A stretch of DNA of 64,000 nt from Octopus sinensis. Taxonomy: Eukaryota. Location of the stretch: assembly GCF_006345805.1 (NCBI RefSeq), contig NC_042999.1, positions 5,084,001-5,148,000 of the forward strand. Direction: 5' to 3'. Shown piece after piece: positions 27,201 to 37,475 of this stretch (positions within the stretch are counted from its first letter, which is position 1; each line of letters begins with the position of its first letter). The notes beneath the pieces are model-generated. The model was not told the DNA's origin and ran no database searches. It saw only the letters and a list, made by a program, of their open reading frames with translations. Position numbers and translations under genes: made by a program.

Positions 27201-30200
27201 CCGGCAGGGGATGGTGATCCCTGCTGTACTCTTTCACCACTCTTTCTCTCACTCTTTCTTCTGTTGGCCTGCTTGCTTAGCCAGCAAGGTGGCGTCATTC
27301 AAACGCTAAAACAGTGCAAACACATTGTGACCAGCGATGTGTAACATCTGATGGTCTGGTCGGTCACATAAAAAAAAAAAAAATACACACACACACACTA
27401 GCAATGCGCCTACAGCCACATTGTATTATTTGTTCCTTTCTTTTGGGCAGAATCGGCACATGAGGAATATGAAGCAAACAACTCTTCTTTATAAACATGT
27501 TTTAGAGTCATTTTCTGATGAACAACTCTGCAGTTGCTGTCCACCCAATTCAGGACTGAAATCAGATCCGCAGCTCCATTCCAATAATACATTGTGTAGT
27601 AATATATTTAAGTTATGAGACCCAAATGACACATGGCTCTAATTAAATCGTTAGTATATGTTGTGCGTGACAGGGAGAGTATTCATCACCATTATCATTT
27701 AACGTCTGTTGTCCATGCTGGCATGGGTTGGATGGTTTGACCAGGAATGGTAAGCTGGAAGGCTGCGCCAGGCTTTAGTCTGATTTGGCATGGTTTTCAA
27801 CAGCTGGATGCCCTTCCTAACACCAACCACTCCAAGAGTGTAATGGGTGCTTTTTAGGTGCCATTTGCATGACACCGGTATCTGCCACGACTGCGATTCT
27901 GCTCGGCTTGATGGGTCTTCTACTCAAGCACAACATGATGCCAAAGGTCCTGGTCATTGCTTCTGTAAAACCCAACACTTGAAAGGAACTCGGCCACTTT
28001 GCCCCATAAGGCCCAACACTCAAAAGACACTCAGCCACTTTGCCCTCATGGGGCCCAAAACTCAAAAGGAACTTGAAAGTGGAAATTTCAGACTTACCTG
28101 AGATTTTGTATCTATTGCTGTCGTAGTGTGAGTTCCCATGTTAGACTGACCTGCAATCATATTTGCACTGCTTGAATTGCCCGAGGTGGACGTAGAAGAA
28201 ACTATCGGTACATTCGGCTGACTGGTCATTAAAGACATAGGCGGTTGTAGTGATGGTGGTGGAGGCGGGGGAATATTCTGTTGCTGGGGCGGAGGCTGGT
28301 TGGTCATGGTGGCCGCTATCTGAGGTGGAGGCGGAGGTGGCATGCCCTGAGGTTGCGGTGGCATTCCTTGAGGAGGAGGGACTCCCTGATGTGGGGGTGG
28401 GATACCTTGTGGGGGCGGAGGAGGAGGAATGCCTTGTGGAGGTGGAGGAATACTCTGAAGGGAAGGGGGAGGAGGTGGTGGTGGTGCCATGCTCTGTGGA
28501 GGACCTGGTGGCTGCAATCCCGACGTTGGTGGTGGCGGTGGAGGCGGTGGCGGAGGTGGACCACTAGCCTGGGTCACAAACTGTGGAGGGGGGAGCTGAT
28601 TTTCTGAACTTTGAGGGGGTGGTGGAGGTGGAATAGGCATCATTTGAGCTGCAAGAGACAAAATCAGATATTTTATTAGTGATTATAATAATATTTCTTT
28701 TTTTTTTTTATTGCCCACAAGGGGCTAAACATAGAGGGGACAAACAAGGACAGACAAAGGGATTAAGTTGATTACATCGACCCCAGTGCGTATCTGGTAC
28801 TTAATTTATTGACCCCGAAAGGATGAAAAAGCAAAGTTGACATCAGCGGAATTTGAACTCAGAACGTATAGACAGACGAAATATTTCGCATTTCACCCAG
28901 CGTGCTAACATTTCTGCCAGATCGCCGCCTTATCATAATAATATATTAACATTTACATGTATTAATAGTTTAAATAATAATTTCTTATGCATTGGTGCCA
29001 CATAAAAAGCACTCCTACCAGTCCAGGTATAAAGCACCCATGCTGGTGCAACACGTAAAGCACCTGTGCCGGTGTCACGTTATTTTGTCTTTTAAATGAT
29101 ATCAATTCAAAGACATAAAGAACTAAACCAAAAACAGCAAAACCTTGAATTAAAGGAGAGGTGGTCACCTGATTGCATTTGGTGATGCATGAATTTTTGT
29201 TGCTCTTCTTTCTGTGCAGCCTCTTGTTGTTGTTGTATGATAGCCAGTTGTTGTTGGCGCATCATCTCTGCTTCATCTGCCTGGTGCTGATCTAGAATCA
29301 TCTGTTAGGAAACAAAATGGTAAAAAAAACCATTAACAAAGCAAATAAATTTCTCACCAAAGACTAACATGAACACGCTGTGAGGGGGTTTAACCCTTTC
29401 GTTACCAACCCAGCTGAAACCGCCTCTCGCTCTGCAGTACAAATGTCTTGTTTTCATAAGTTTTGAATTAAAACCTTCCACCAAACCTTAGTCTCAATTT
29501 ATGTTCCTAACACTAGCTGAATAATAACTAAGTTATTTTACTAAATTCTTTGTTATATTTAAAATTAATTGAAAGAAACTCAGAGCATCTCAACAGAAAT
29601 ATGGTAACAAGATGGTTAACTCTTGAATATAAATGGAACACAAAAATATACTGGAAGTGCAAGTATTCAAATTTAAACCAATAGCATGAAACATTAATGT
29701 CCTCATATCCAATTTTAAATATTATCATAAATCTCTTTAGTACCACCTTGGTAATGCTTGTCCAGGAGGGGTCATGCCCTGTCAACCTTCTCTCCCAACC
29801 CACATGTCATTCCCTAACACCCAAAAAGCACTGGTGCTAGTGTCATGTAAGAGCACTGAGTACATTCTGTAAAGTAGTTGGCATTAGGAAGGGTATCAAG
29901 CCATAGAAACCAGGCCGAAGCAGACAAGTGGAGTCTGGCGTGGATCCTGGCTTTTGCCAGCTCCTGTCAAACTGTCCAACCTGTTCCAACATGGAAAACA
30001 GGCAACAAATGATGATGATGATGACAATGATTTCTACCAACTCCCTTCAAAGGCAAACTTTATTCATTAATTTCTTTCTATTTGCTTTTTGCTTCTGAGT
30101 CTTCTTTTTACTCCCCCTGAAGTCACTCCCTATCAAACCAGACCAAGCACCCACTACATTCCTCACTTGCAAAAGTTTCAGTATTTACAATTATCTGCCA

Positions 30201-33200
30201 TTCTCATCATCATTGTTTAACGTCTCTTTTCCATGCTAGCATGGGTTGGACGGTTCAGCCGGGGTCTGGGAACCCAGGAGGCTGCACCAGGCTCCAGTCT
30301 GATCTGGCAGTGTTTCTACAGCTGGATGCCCTTCTTAACGCCAACCACTCCGTGAGTGTAGTGGGTGCTTTTTACGTGCCAGGCGAGGCTGGCAACGGCC
30401 ACAGAAAGCCAATCTTTCAATGATCCTTAATAGTCTTCATCTCTCTTCATGCTTTGTACTCAATCATAACTTCTGTATATCTATTAATATTCCCATTCTG
30501 GTGTCTCCCCCCATGACCAACCACAACACACATAACTGCCATCAATTCTTAAACATTTCATAAAGCCAATTCTTTTGATTTTTACCCTTCCTACTAAGAA
30601 CAAAGCACAAAATAGAGATGCTGATATCAAACTTAAGCAGAGCACAGGTGCCCTTCTTGTGGAGGTTTATGGATCATGAGATGATGAAGGATTCTCATAG
30701 TTACCCTTTGTTGCTGTTTTATTAACATCTGTTGCTGTTTCTCAGCCTCCAATAATTGCTGCTGCTGTTGAACTTTCTCCATCAATTGAAGGTATTCTCC
30801 TCCGGCAGCAGAACCAGCAGGTGATGCGTTGGGGCCGGAGGGTGGAGGCGGTGGAGGTTGTGGTAATGGTGGTTGTGGTGGTCCTTGCTGGGACATGACG
30901 GCTGCTACAGCCGCTGCTGCTGCAGCTTGCTGCTGATGCTGTTGAAGGGCCAACATCTGTTGCTGGAGAACAACTTTTTGTTGAAGTTCTTCATCCATTT
31001 CAGAAGGACCAGCCTGAAGAAAAAAAAGAAAATGTCATGAAATTAATGATTAGAAATAAAAATACTAATCTCTCTATATATAAAGCTGAAGTTATCTGTG
31101 TATGGCAGGTTTGGTAGCCTTCAACTAACACTATCTCCTCCGAGACCCTGCGGCACCAGTTGACCAAAATTGAGAGTATGATAGAAGAAGGCTTGCTCTT
31201 CCTTACGTAGAAGAAAAAATTCAAATCGGACCATGTTAACACCAAAAACGTGCTTTTTTTTCTATGAAAATCCCTATTTTTTACGATTTTTTTTTACTGC
31301 TGTGTCGCCATTTTTCGGTGTATTTCAACCAGAAAAATGTTCACTGAAAGAGAATAACAAGCTACATAATGCAAAATTTTTACTTTTCAAAAATTCCAAT
31401 TCTAAAGGGTCGAAAAGAAAACAAGCCCGAGCAACGCTGGGCTATACTGCTAGTTACTAATACAGTCATTTTGTTATTTTAAAAGAAAATAAAATGTTTT
31501 ACAAGATGGGAAATATTTTATCTGAAAACAAACGTTGAAACAAAAATGTATTAATTGTTGTCATTCATTTGTTTATATTTGGTCACAGGTTCCAGTCTTT
31601 TGCCACTTTTAGGATTGATCTTGACATCTGCCACTTTTGGTTTCCAGCAGAAATTCTTGCATTCTTTCACTTGTTTTATTCCTTCAACTGCAGTTATGGT
31701 AGGGCACTGCTATTAATAGTTTCAACTGCTACACCGATCCCCTCCATCACTACTCATTCAACTACGGTAATTATAAGAGTGGAACTGCATATTTCTCACT
31801 CTCCATCCTTGCCATTCACACTCCCTGGAACCTATTCCTTTTTTCCCCACAAACTCTCAGTATCATCCCTTCCTTCCTTAATTTCTCCTGCCCCTCTGCT
31901 ATACAACCTTCATTTTGCAAATGGCTCCCTTGCCCCTATTACCTCTCTCTTGCTCCCTCCCACCTTATGTATCTGATTTCACCCCTAACAATTTGCACCT
32001 CTTTCATGTATCACCCCTTCCCCACTCACTTCACACCATCTCCGCAGCTACCTCCAACAAATATTCATAAATGACCATACCCCCACCCATGTTCACTACC
32101 CACTCTATTTCCCTCTATCCATCTTCTACTTGCCTCTCACACTAGTCGGCGTTTGTGAGAGATGCAGCATTGAGGATGAATGAAGCCAGCTCAACCCACC
32201 CCGGGTGAATGCTGTCTCAAAAAAAAAGAAAACTTGCTCACCCACCCATACCACATCTCTTTCATTCACCTTCTTGCAACTTGAAGATACGCCCAGATAC
32301 ATCTTCACCCACCATTCTCCTTTCTCTTCCGACTGGGGTAGCCAAATATCTCCCTTACATCAAGACACTTGTCCCTCTCTCTCTATTATTAACCATCTTG
32401 CCAACAACCACCTTGAGCACCTTTTTGAGCTCCATGTGTCTAACACATGTAGGCATGCCTACAAAATCAGAAAACAGCACAGCTCGCATGACTTTCAGAA
32501 ACATTTTTTCTCACTCAGAGTTGCTGAAGCATGGAATAAACTATCTGCATCAGTTGCTAGTTGCAGAGACATTGCATCCTTTAAAACTTCCATGCTTCCT
32601 GAAATTCGCCAACACTACACTTGATATCCCCCCACCTCCATACGCATGCACACATGTATATCATGACTTATACACTGGCCACTTTCCTGACTTTTGTACA
32701 TAATTCTATAAACTATACATGCAACTGTTGTACCTCTATTCACCATTCTTCAAGTAAATCTAAAAAATACTATTATCAGATAACGAATATGCAATATGCT
32801 CACAAGAATAAAAATATATAAATTAACATACATCTTCATCCGATGCTGGATCCAGGTCCACGTCTGATCTTGAAGATGACATTTGTTGCTTCTTCTTGTT
32901 CCTGTCGGAAGAAAATTATTTAAACAAATTATATCACACTTGTCTGTAAAATAAATCCTTATCAATATGATGTTAAGTTTCAGCAGAAAATATTTATCCA
33001 GTTATATCTTTGGTTAATCTTTGGTTAATATGCAGTTGTTTAATAATATATTAATGCATCAATATGCATGGATAGCTAATATATTGATCCTGTAGATTGC
33101 TATATATTATGTATCTCAGGCCACCTTCGGTCATGGCTGACCATGGGTATCACGTCTGTCCATTTATTGTCTAGGTCGGGCCGCTCGGCTTGAGCAGCGT

Positions 33201-33634
33201 CTCCTGTGGCTATGGAGACCAATGCGAGAATGACAGTCTCGGTCGCATCTGTGTGTGGATTCTGGTCTGTCGATCCGTTACTTTGGGCTCACTTTTCTGC
33301 AGCTAACAGCCTCTCTTCACCAATCCGTAACTGTTTGAGAAGTGTGCTTTTCCACCTGGTGCAGCCCACTGCCAGGTCCTCCCAGGAGTTGATGTCGATG
33401 TTGAGAACCTTCATGTCCCTCCTGCACACATCCTTGCACCTCAACTGCAGGCAGCCCTTGTTCCTCTGTCCTGCTGCGAGTTCTCCATAGAGAATGTCTT
33501 TTGAGATTCGGCTGTCCTCCATACAGCAAACATGGCCTAGCCAGTGTAGTCGACATTGTCTCAGCAAGGTGTACATGGAAGAGAGGCCAGCATGAGTTAG
33601 GACATCAGTGTTGGTCACCTTGTCCTGTACAATG

Positions 33635-33697
<63 letters not shown>

Positions 33698-34362
33698 TAT
33701 ATATATATGTACAGGGTCGGCCTTAGGAGGTACAGGGCCCAATTGGTAACAATTTTGGTGGGCCTCTGGTTCCCAGTCAACTTGCACCAAGGTCTATAGA
33801 ATCATAAAAATATAAAAATCCAGCCACTGAAACTATGCTACCATCCAGTGCTACGTAAAAGCACTCAGTCCACACTGTAAAGTGGTGGTGTTAGGAAGGA
33901 CATCCAGATCTAGAAACCAAGCCAAAACAAACTATTTCTTATTTCTTTATTGCCCACAAGGGGCTAAACACAGAGGGGACAGACAAAGACATTAAGTCAA
34001 TTACATTGACCCCAGTGCATAACTGGTACTTAATTCATCCACTCCGAAAGGATGAAAGGCAAAGTCGACCTCGGCGGAATTTGAACTCAGAACGGTGGAC
34101 GAAATAGCACAAAGCATTTCGCCTGGCATGCTAATGTTTCTGCCAGCTCGCCAAAACAAACTATGGAACCTGGTGCAGCTCTTGATCTTCATCATCATCA
34201 TTGTTTGACCCTGGTCTTACCAGTTCCTGTCAAGCAGTCCAGCCCATTCTTTCTACAGAAAGAGGTAAATCAATTAAGGAACCCTAACTCATGTACCGAA
34301 CCAAAAACACACAGGAGGAAATAAAGCTTTTCAAATTGTACTTACCTTGAACGAGATTTCAT
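2540..34362 (-). CDS. SF3B2: Splicing factor 3B subunit 2 (SAP145/Cus1 orthologue), 21 coding exons, 1011 aa
   Basis: Exons translate to hallmark SF3B2 motifs: KLPQALEKIL, VEIEYV, PKLSKKKLKK, RPDVVEMHD.TAQDP, VPVPRHWCFK.KYLQGKRGIEKPPF, KIDIDYQKLHDAFF, PPPWLIAMQRYGPPPSYP, FGYHAGGWGKPPVDE, DMVAEHAAKQ, KKYKEFKF*. Exons (minus strand): 34362-34346, 32901-32832, 31013-30705, 29301-29169, 28648-28098, 26635-26518, 25478-25336, 23330-23203, 20642-20564, 19559-19443, 17569-17483, 16262-16188, 14893-14741, 13777-13628, 12652-12563, 10758-10651, 9403-9296, 7002-6866, 5727-5529, 4339-4139, 2602-2540. All junctions are GT-AG, phases are compatible, total 3036 nt. Confidence 0.96.
2830..2965. repeat. Compound (TATG)n/(CA)n microsatellite
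   Basis: Direct reading. Confidence 0.9.
3575..3885. repeat. ~25-bp minisatellite (ggtgccacataaaaaacacctgtgct) derived from the family-A internal unit
   Basis: About 10 degenerate units leading into a family-A core. Confidence 0.75.
4139..4339 (-). CDS. SF3B2: SF3B2 coding exon 20
   Basis: VTGMPTQKRF...EVALNPEELDMD...DMVAEHAAKQR; tttag/GTAAGA; 201 nt. Confidence 0.93.
5029..5240. mobile_element. piggyBac-type MITE (TTAA TSD, CCCTTT termini)
   Basis: TTAA 5025-5028 and 5241-5244; TIR cccttTcgttac/gtaatgaaaggg. Confidence 0.85.
5265..5472. mobile_element. Second adjacent MITE of the same family
   Basis: TTAA/TCAA flanks; same internal sequence as 5029-5240. Confidence 0.8.
5529..5727 (-). 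CDS. SF3B2: SF3B2 coding exon 19
   Basis: LVTPSGITSVPMGVETPDMIELRKKRIED...MMGSAHIYDMSA; ttcag/GTATGT. Confidence 0.95.
6542..6763. mobile_element. TTAA MITE, second family (related copy ~19675-19894)
   Basis: TTAA-CCCTTTAG ... TAAAGGG-TTAA. Confidence 0.78.
6866..7002 (-). CDS. SF3B2: SF3B2 coding exon 18
   Basis: TIVSEEEIDKTHWGELESESE...GLITPGAEG; ccag/GTATGT. Confidence 0.93.
7275..7595 (-). mobile_element. RTE-like LINE 3' fragment
   Basis: KIYGKLPPVSSLVKGRRVQFAGHCCR...RGRTLSYPDVISRDTG. Confidence 0.7.
8969..9191. mobile_element. TTAA MITE, third family
   Basis: TTAA-CCCATTAGTACCC ... GGGCACCAATGGG-TTAA. Confidence 0.72.
9296..9403 (-). CDS. SF3B2: SF3B2 coding exon 17
   Basis: SCSFGYHAGGWGKPPVDESGKPLYGDVFGTQSGEFQ; acag/GTAAAT. 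Confidence 0.96.
10651..10758 (-). CDS. SF3B2: SF3B2 coding exon 16 (PSP domain C-half)
   Basis: NSEKVPPPWLIAMQRYGPPPSYPNLKIPGLNAPIPE; ttcag/GTATGT. Confidence 0.96.
10852..11084 (-). mobile_element. tRNA-derived SINE 'family B' with 15-bp TSD
   Basis: TSD tatgcacct(g/a)aatat at 10837-10851 and 11085-11099; empty site in the duplicate. Other copies ~1760-2175(+), 11872-12100, 15385-15580, 16960-17195, 28700-28930, 33936-34149, 50027-50250 (-). Confidence 0.88.
12563..12652 (-). CDS. SF3B2: SF3B2 coding exon 15 (PSP domain N-half)
   Basis: GKEFETRLKEKKPGNLSDELRTALGMPVGP; ttcag/GTAAGT. Confidence 0.96.
13628..13777 (-). CDS. SF3B2: SF3B2 coding exon 14 (DUF382 C-part)
   Basis: EDQKTLKAKMREKVRPKLGKIDIDYQKLHDAFFRWQTKPKLTIHGDLYYE; ttccag/GTAAAT. 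Confidence 0.96.
14741..14893 (-). CDS. SF3B2: SF3B2 coding exon 13 (DUF382)
   Basis: ATRNTVPVPRHWCFKSKYLQGKRGIEKPPFELPDFIKATGIMEMRAALAEK; ttcag/GTAGGA. Confidence 0.96.
16188..16262 (-). CDS. SF3B2: SF3B2 coding exon 12
   Basis: LVSRPDVVEMHDATAQDPRLLVQLK; ctag/GTAAGT. Confidence 0.96.
16365..16772 (+). mobile_element. tRNA-derived CORE-like SINE 'family C'
   Basis: A/B-box head (ggctgtgtggtaag...ggttcagtc), CORE-like accttgggcaagtg, internal (TA/TG)n, tail gaaacaagtaaaagag. Other copies ~11230-11410, 13960-14100, 23955-24370, 34590-35055, 45328-45535, 48288-48703, 49780-49930, 56905-57220. Confidence 0.82.
17483..17569 (-). CDS. SF3B2: SF3B2 coding exon 11
   Basis: DLVADDEVPKLSKKKLKKLTRLSIAQLKQ; aacag/GTAAGT. 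Confidence 0.94.
17669..17850. mobile_element. MITE, same TTAA family
   Basis: TTAA both sides; ccttttgttac...gtaacaaaaggg. Confidence 0.82.
18557..19140 (-). mobile_element. Abundant SINE-like 'family A' element with (GAT)n tail and internal tandem units
   Basis: Core ggatgcccttcctaacgccaaccactc, end gctttccatgctagcatgggttggacg next to (CAT)n. About 30 copies, e.g. 200-497, 1037-1380, 3570-4055, 4440-4660, 13187-13480, 14305-14715, 21365-21655, 24860-25240, 25780-26236, 27690-28060, 30204-30405, 39782-40210, 42370-42683, 43156-43513, 43780-44061, 52957-53370, 53480-53875, 54296-54745. Confidence 0.85.
19443..19559 (-). CDS. SF3B2: SF3B2 coding exon 10
   Basis: IADPEKPKDFQRPEERREEEKKPEEVPIKARGLIIDDDE; gaag/GTGAGT. 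Confidence 0.88.
20564..20642 (-). CDS. SF3B2: SF3B2 coding exon 9
   Basis: (E)YVQEQLDIGHFDVNYHVFAKIFENFK; ttcag/GTATGT. Confidence 0.92.
21770..22560 (-). mobile_element. Degenerate mariner transposase fragment
   Basis: VTGDETWV motif at ~22050-22075 (gtcacaggagatgagacctgggtc) with many stops. Confidence 0.7.
23203..23330 (-). CDS. SF3B2: SF3B2 coding exon 8 (poly-Lys, NLS-like)
   Basis: NRIRKKKKKKKNKKKHPEF...DRSVEI(E); acceptor attaaag (weak), donor GTAAGT. Confidence 0.85.
23815..23950. repeat. Compound (TATG)n(TG)n(TA)n(CA)n microsatellite
   Basis: Direct reading. Confidence 0.9.
25336..25478 (-). CDS. SF3B2: SF3B2 coding exon 7 (acidic)
   Basis: (E)VPENQIRIADAEEEDDEE...DKAKE; ttttcag/GTTAGT, phase-compatible. 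Confidence 0.85.
26518..26635 (-). CDS. SF3B2: SF3B2 coding exon 6
   Basis: TSERQQKEIKLPQALEKILAFMDVRAQEIG...; gacag/GTAAGA. Confidence 0.9.
27079..27370 (+). mobile_element. tRNA-derived SINE (fourth family; fragment also at ~48060-48150)
   Basis: A box tggcccagtgg, B box ggtttcgattccc, followed by a non-tRNA body. Confidence 0.75.
28098..28648 (-). CDS. SF3B2: SF3B2 coding exon 5 (poly-proline)
   Basis: (A)QMMPIPPPPPPQ...DTKSQ; ttgcag/GTAAGT; 551 nt, phase 1 to 0. Confidence 0.88.
29169..29301 (-). CDS. SF3B2: SF3B2 coding exon 4 (Gln-rich)
   Basis: MILDQHQADEAEMMRQQQLAIIQQQQ...MQS; aacag/GTGACC. Confidence 0.82.
29394..29615. mobile_element. MITE, same TTAA family, opposite orientation
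   Basis: TTAA both sides; reverse complement of 5029-5240. Confidence 0.8.
30705..31013 (-). CDS. SF3B2: SF3B2 coding exon 3 (Gln/Ala/Pro-rich)
   Basis: AGPSEMDEELQQKVVLQQQ...LIKQQQR; ttcag/GTAACT; 309 nt. Confidence 0.85.
31069..31453 (+). mobile_element. Non-autonomous Helitron
   Basis: A|TC 5' end (TCTCTCTATATATAAAG), subterminal hairpin GCCCGAGCAACGCTGGGC, 3' CTAG|T. Confidence 0.75.
32385..32750 (+). mobile_element. CR1/L2 LINE 3' fragment
   Basis: INHLANNHLEHLF...FFSLRVAEAWNKLS; same family as 45625-46430. Confidence 0.82.
32832..32901 (-). CDS. SF3B2: SF3B2 coding exon 2
   Basis: (R)NKKKQQMSSSRSDVDLDPASDED; gacag/GTATGT; also conserved in the duplicate. Confidence 0.75.
33105..33638 (-). 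mobile_element. RTE-clade LINE 3' fragment (copied in the duplicate at ~55085-55610)
   Basis: TNTDVLTHAGLSSMYTLLRQCRLHWLGHVCCMEDSRISKDILYGEL, typical of the RTE C-terminus. Confidence 0.85.
33639..33709. repeat. (TA)n microsatellite (shorter orthologous copy 55611-55660 in the duplicate)
   Basis: Direct reading. Confidence 0.9.
33936..34149 (-). mobile_element. SINE family B with perfect 15-bp TSD
   Basis: gccaaaacaaactat at 33921-33935 and 34150-34164. Confidence 0.88.
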
Positions 34363-34406
34363 ATTTGTATTTCAAATTTGATCCTAGTTGACCAAAATAG
34401 ACAATT
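34346..34406 (-). CDS. SF3B2: SF3B2 first coding exon (5'UTR 34406-34363, ATG at 34362, MKSRS)
   Basis: Poly-T tract + tttcag acceptor, GTAAGT donor, ATG in phase with the next exon; the alternative start is the Met in the next exon. Confidence 0.7.
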
Positions 34407-36048
34407 CTGAAAGGTCAAAAAAAAAAATTTAATCAATAACGTTTTAGTTTTAGAAAGATTTTAGTTTCATGTACCATACCTTTTCCTCTAATTCCTTTGT
34501 GTTCTGAATTCTAATCTAATCTAATCAGAATCTACTTAGCAGTTAATCTTTTCAGGTTCAATAAAATAAACACTTATATCGAAATGGGCAACCTCATGGC
34601 TCCAGGTTCAATCCCACTGCGTGGCACCTTCAGTTCTCCATGAGTGCTGGTACCACATAGAAAAGCACTGGTGATGGTGTTATGTTAAAAGCACTGGTGA
34701 CAATACCAAGTAAATAACAACCAGTACACTCTGTAAAGTGGTTGGCATTAGGAGGGGCATTCATCTATAGAAACCATGCCAAGTATCTTCTACTATAGCG
34801 TTGGGTTGACCAAAGTCTTGTGAGTGATTTTGGTAAACGAAAACAGAACCAAGCCCATCACACACAAGTGTGTCTCCTATTACCACTTGACAACTGGCGT
34901 TGGTGCATTTACGTCCCTGTAACTTAGCTGTTCGCCAAAATACACTAACAAAGTAAGTACCAGCCTTAAGTACTGGGATCGATTCGTTCGACTAAAAATT
35001 CTTCGAGGTGGTACCCCAGCATGGCCACGGCCTAATGGCGAAAGCAAGTAAAAGATAGAAAGATGGAATGAAGAAAGCAAGGCAATTACCGCAAAACAAT
35101 ATTCTCCAGAATGCAAAGATGGCGAAAGAGAATGAGAAGAAAGGAGAAAATATTGTCAGAGGTGGAACTACATAACACCATTATTTCTGCTGGTTTTTAA
35201 GCATAATTAGATCTTGAAATCAGAAAGTTTGTTGTTTATGTAATGTTGTTTATAATTAGAAACGTCTAAGTTATCTAAATAAACACTTCTCTCCTCGCAA
35301 GACACGTTTTTAAGATGACATTATTTTGCCTCCCAAAAGTAAACAAAATTCCGGTTTCCATTTTGTGTCAGTAATCAAAACCATGTTTTTATGCATTCTC
35401 CCATTTCTTCGAAATTCACCAAATTCACTGATAAAATTAATTAAAATTTAATAAACAATGAACATGATATAACAACAGTAGATCAATATAATTAAAATAA
35501 GGATAATAAACCCGAGTTGACAATAACAAATAGAGATATAAGTGGAAGTGTGATGGGTTTTTGGTGTATTTACAATGATTTGTGGCCAAAGGGAAAATGT
35601 GGGAGTGAAAAATAATAATAATATTTAAAAGGGAAAAGAGAGGCAAAAAGAAGAAAAATTAAGGGAGGACTGTGAAATTTGGAAGTGTTTTGTGCAACGT
35701 TTGAATATTTAAAACAATAAATTAGTAATTATGGTAATGATTGCATTAATTGTAATTAGTAATTATTAAGATTAAAAACAGGTTTGGATTTGTTTGTATT
35801 ATTTTGAGACATTAAACAGAGATAAAACGATATAAAGGAACGATTTAAATGTGATCCAGGAGAGAAATAAATAAAGTTGCAGATTGAAAATGTAATTAAA
35901 GGAGAAAAGTGAAATAAATTAATTAAGGAAAGAAATTAATTGAAAGTTAATTGGAGGTGAGTGGAATAAAGTGACGGAGGAGGTAAAAGATATGAGACGA
36001 ACAATACGTAGGAGAGGAAGTTGGAGAAATGGAGAAGAAAGAACTCAC

Positions 36049-36150
36049 CGAGGAATTAATTTGGATTTATTTTCGTGAATCAAATAAAAAGAGAAAAAAT
36101 CCCAGAAAAGAAAATCCTGGGCAAACGCGGTCATTAACCGGAAGTTCTAG
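36049..36150 (-). promoter_or_regulatory. Probable non-coding exon 1 and promoter of SF3B2
   Basis: Consensus donor CG|GTGAGT at 36049/36048; ETS-type ACCGGAAGT at 36137-36145 in a small CpG-containing patch within very AT-rich DNA; TSS approximate. Confidence 0.55.
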
Positions 36151-36819
36151 CGTAAACCGGGATTGCAATGTCGTAATAACGTCAAGTGTTTCATTTTATT
36201 ATACAAAACGTTTGGAAATCGTTCAATGTTTCTCACTTTAATTATAAAAATTATAACTATGAAATGATAACATTCATTTTGTTATATAATTAAAAATTAT
36301 ATATATGAAAACATCGACTGCATGAAGGAATATTCTTATTTAATAAAAATATTCGTTATATATTTCCTAAAACCAAAATCTTGCAAATTCCTTTCGTTTA
36401 TAAAGCCTTTTATTCAAAAGAATCCAAAGTGCAACAAATATTCCTTAATTATTGACAAAATATCAAAATAACGACAGTAATGAAGGTTTGTGCCGTAAAT
36501 GATGATTTAAGACCAAAGGAGTTATCTCCCTTCTTCATTGGGTTACTCTTAAGATCAAGGTTCCCAAGTTTCCAATTGAAAGCCTTAAAACCCAGAAAAT
36601 GTGTTTTGTGTGCATGCCATTGCATTATCCGATGCATCTCTTCTTTGTTTGAGATTATAAACTGTGATTTGAGGTTCATCGCTGTTTTCATTGTTGTTTA
36701 CTGCCATGTCAGCTCTGATCTGGTTGACTTTTAATCAAAGCAATTCAACTGTCATTCCTCCCCGCTATTCAGTTTGCTTTTTAAGACACATCTCACAGTC
36801 TACACAACTCATATGTGCC

Positions 36820-37475
36820 GTCCCAGTTTTAAAATGATAGAGCTCTAGAACAGAAGGGCCTCAGAGTTAACCTAGCAGAAACCAAAGCCTTAGTAATTAG
36901 GAAAGCAGGCAAATCACAAATCCCTTCAGGTAGATGGACCTGCTCAATCTGTAGAAAAGGCGTAGGTAGAAATTCCATAAGATGTACCTGGTGTAAGCTA
37001 TAGATACATAAGAGGTGCAGCAATATCAAAGGAAAGTTAACAGGAAAATTAGTTTTTGTGTGTGGTAGGTGTACAGGTACAATCAACGCTATAAATGTTC
37101 AGAAAATGGACAATGAAATGCCGGATGGAGGGGGACTAGAAGTAGTCGATAACTTCCTTTACCTATGTGACCATATCAGTAGCAGGGGAGGATGTTCCAA
37201 GAGTGTACCTGTGAGAATAAGAATAGGTTGGGCAAAATTCAGAGAGCTCCGACCTCTGTTGGTAACAAAGTGCTTCTCTCTCAGAACAAAAGGCAGATTA
37301 TATAATGCCTGTGTGTGAACAGCCATACTACACAGTAGTGAAACATGGGCTGTGACTGCCAAGGACATGTGTAGGCTTGAAAGAAATGAAGCCAGTATGC
37401 TCCACTGGATGTGTAATGTCAGTGTGCATGTATGACAGAGTGTAAGCGTTTTGAGAGAAATGCTGGGCATAAGAG
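36820..37475 (+). mobile_element. RTE-clade LINE RT fragment
   Basis: EVVDNFLYL..ISSRGGC...RIRIGWAKFRELRPLL...KGRLYNACV. Confidence 0.8.

Noticed and set aside
28250-28607. Plus-strand ORFs (105-108 aa, Val/Glu- or Trp/Arg-rich)
   Set aside because: Antisense shadows of the poly-proline SF3B2 exon.
35110-35175. AAGATGGCG (YY1/Kozak-like) start of a plus-strand gene
   Set aside because: ORF closes after 18 codons with no convincing donor; it lies in SF3B2 intron 1.
36449-36734. 80-84 aa ORFs on both strands upstream of the promoter (divergent gene?)
   Set aside because: No recognisable domain or splice structure.
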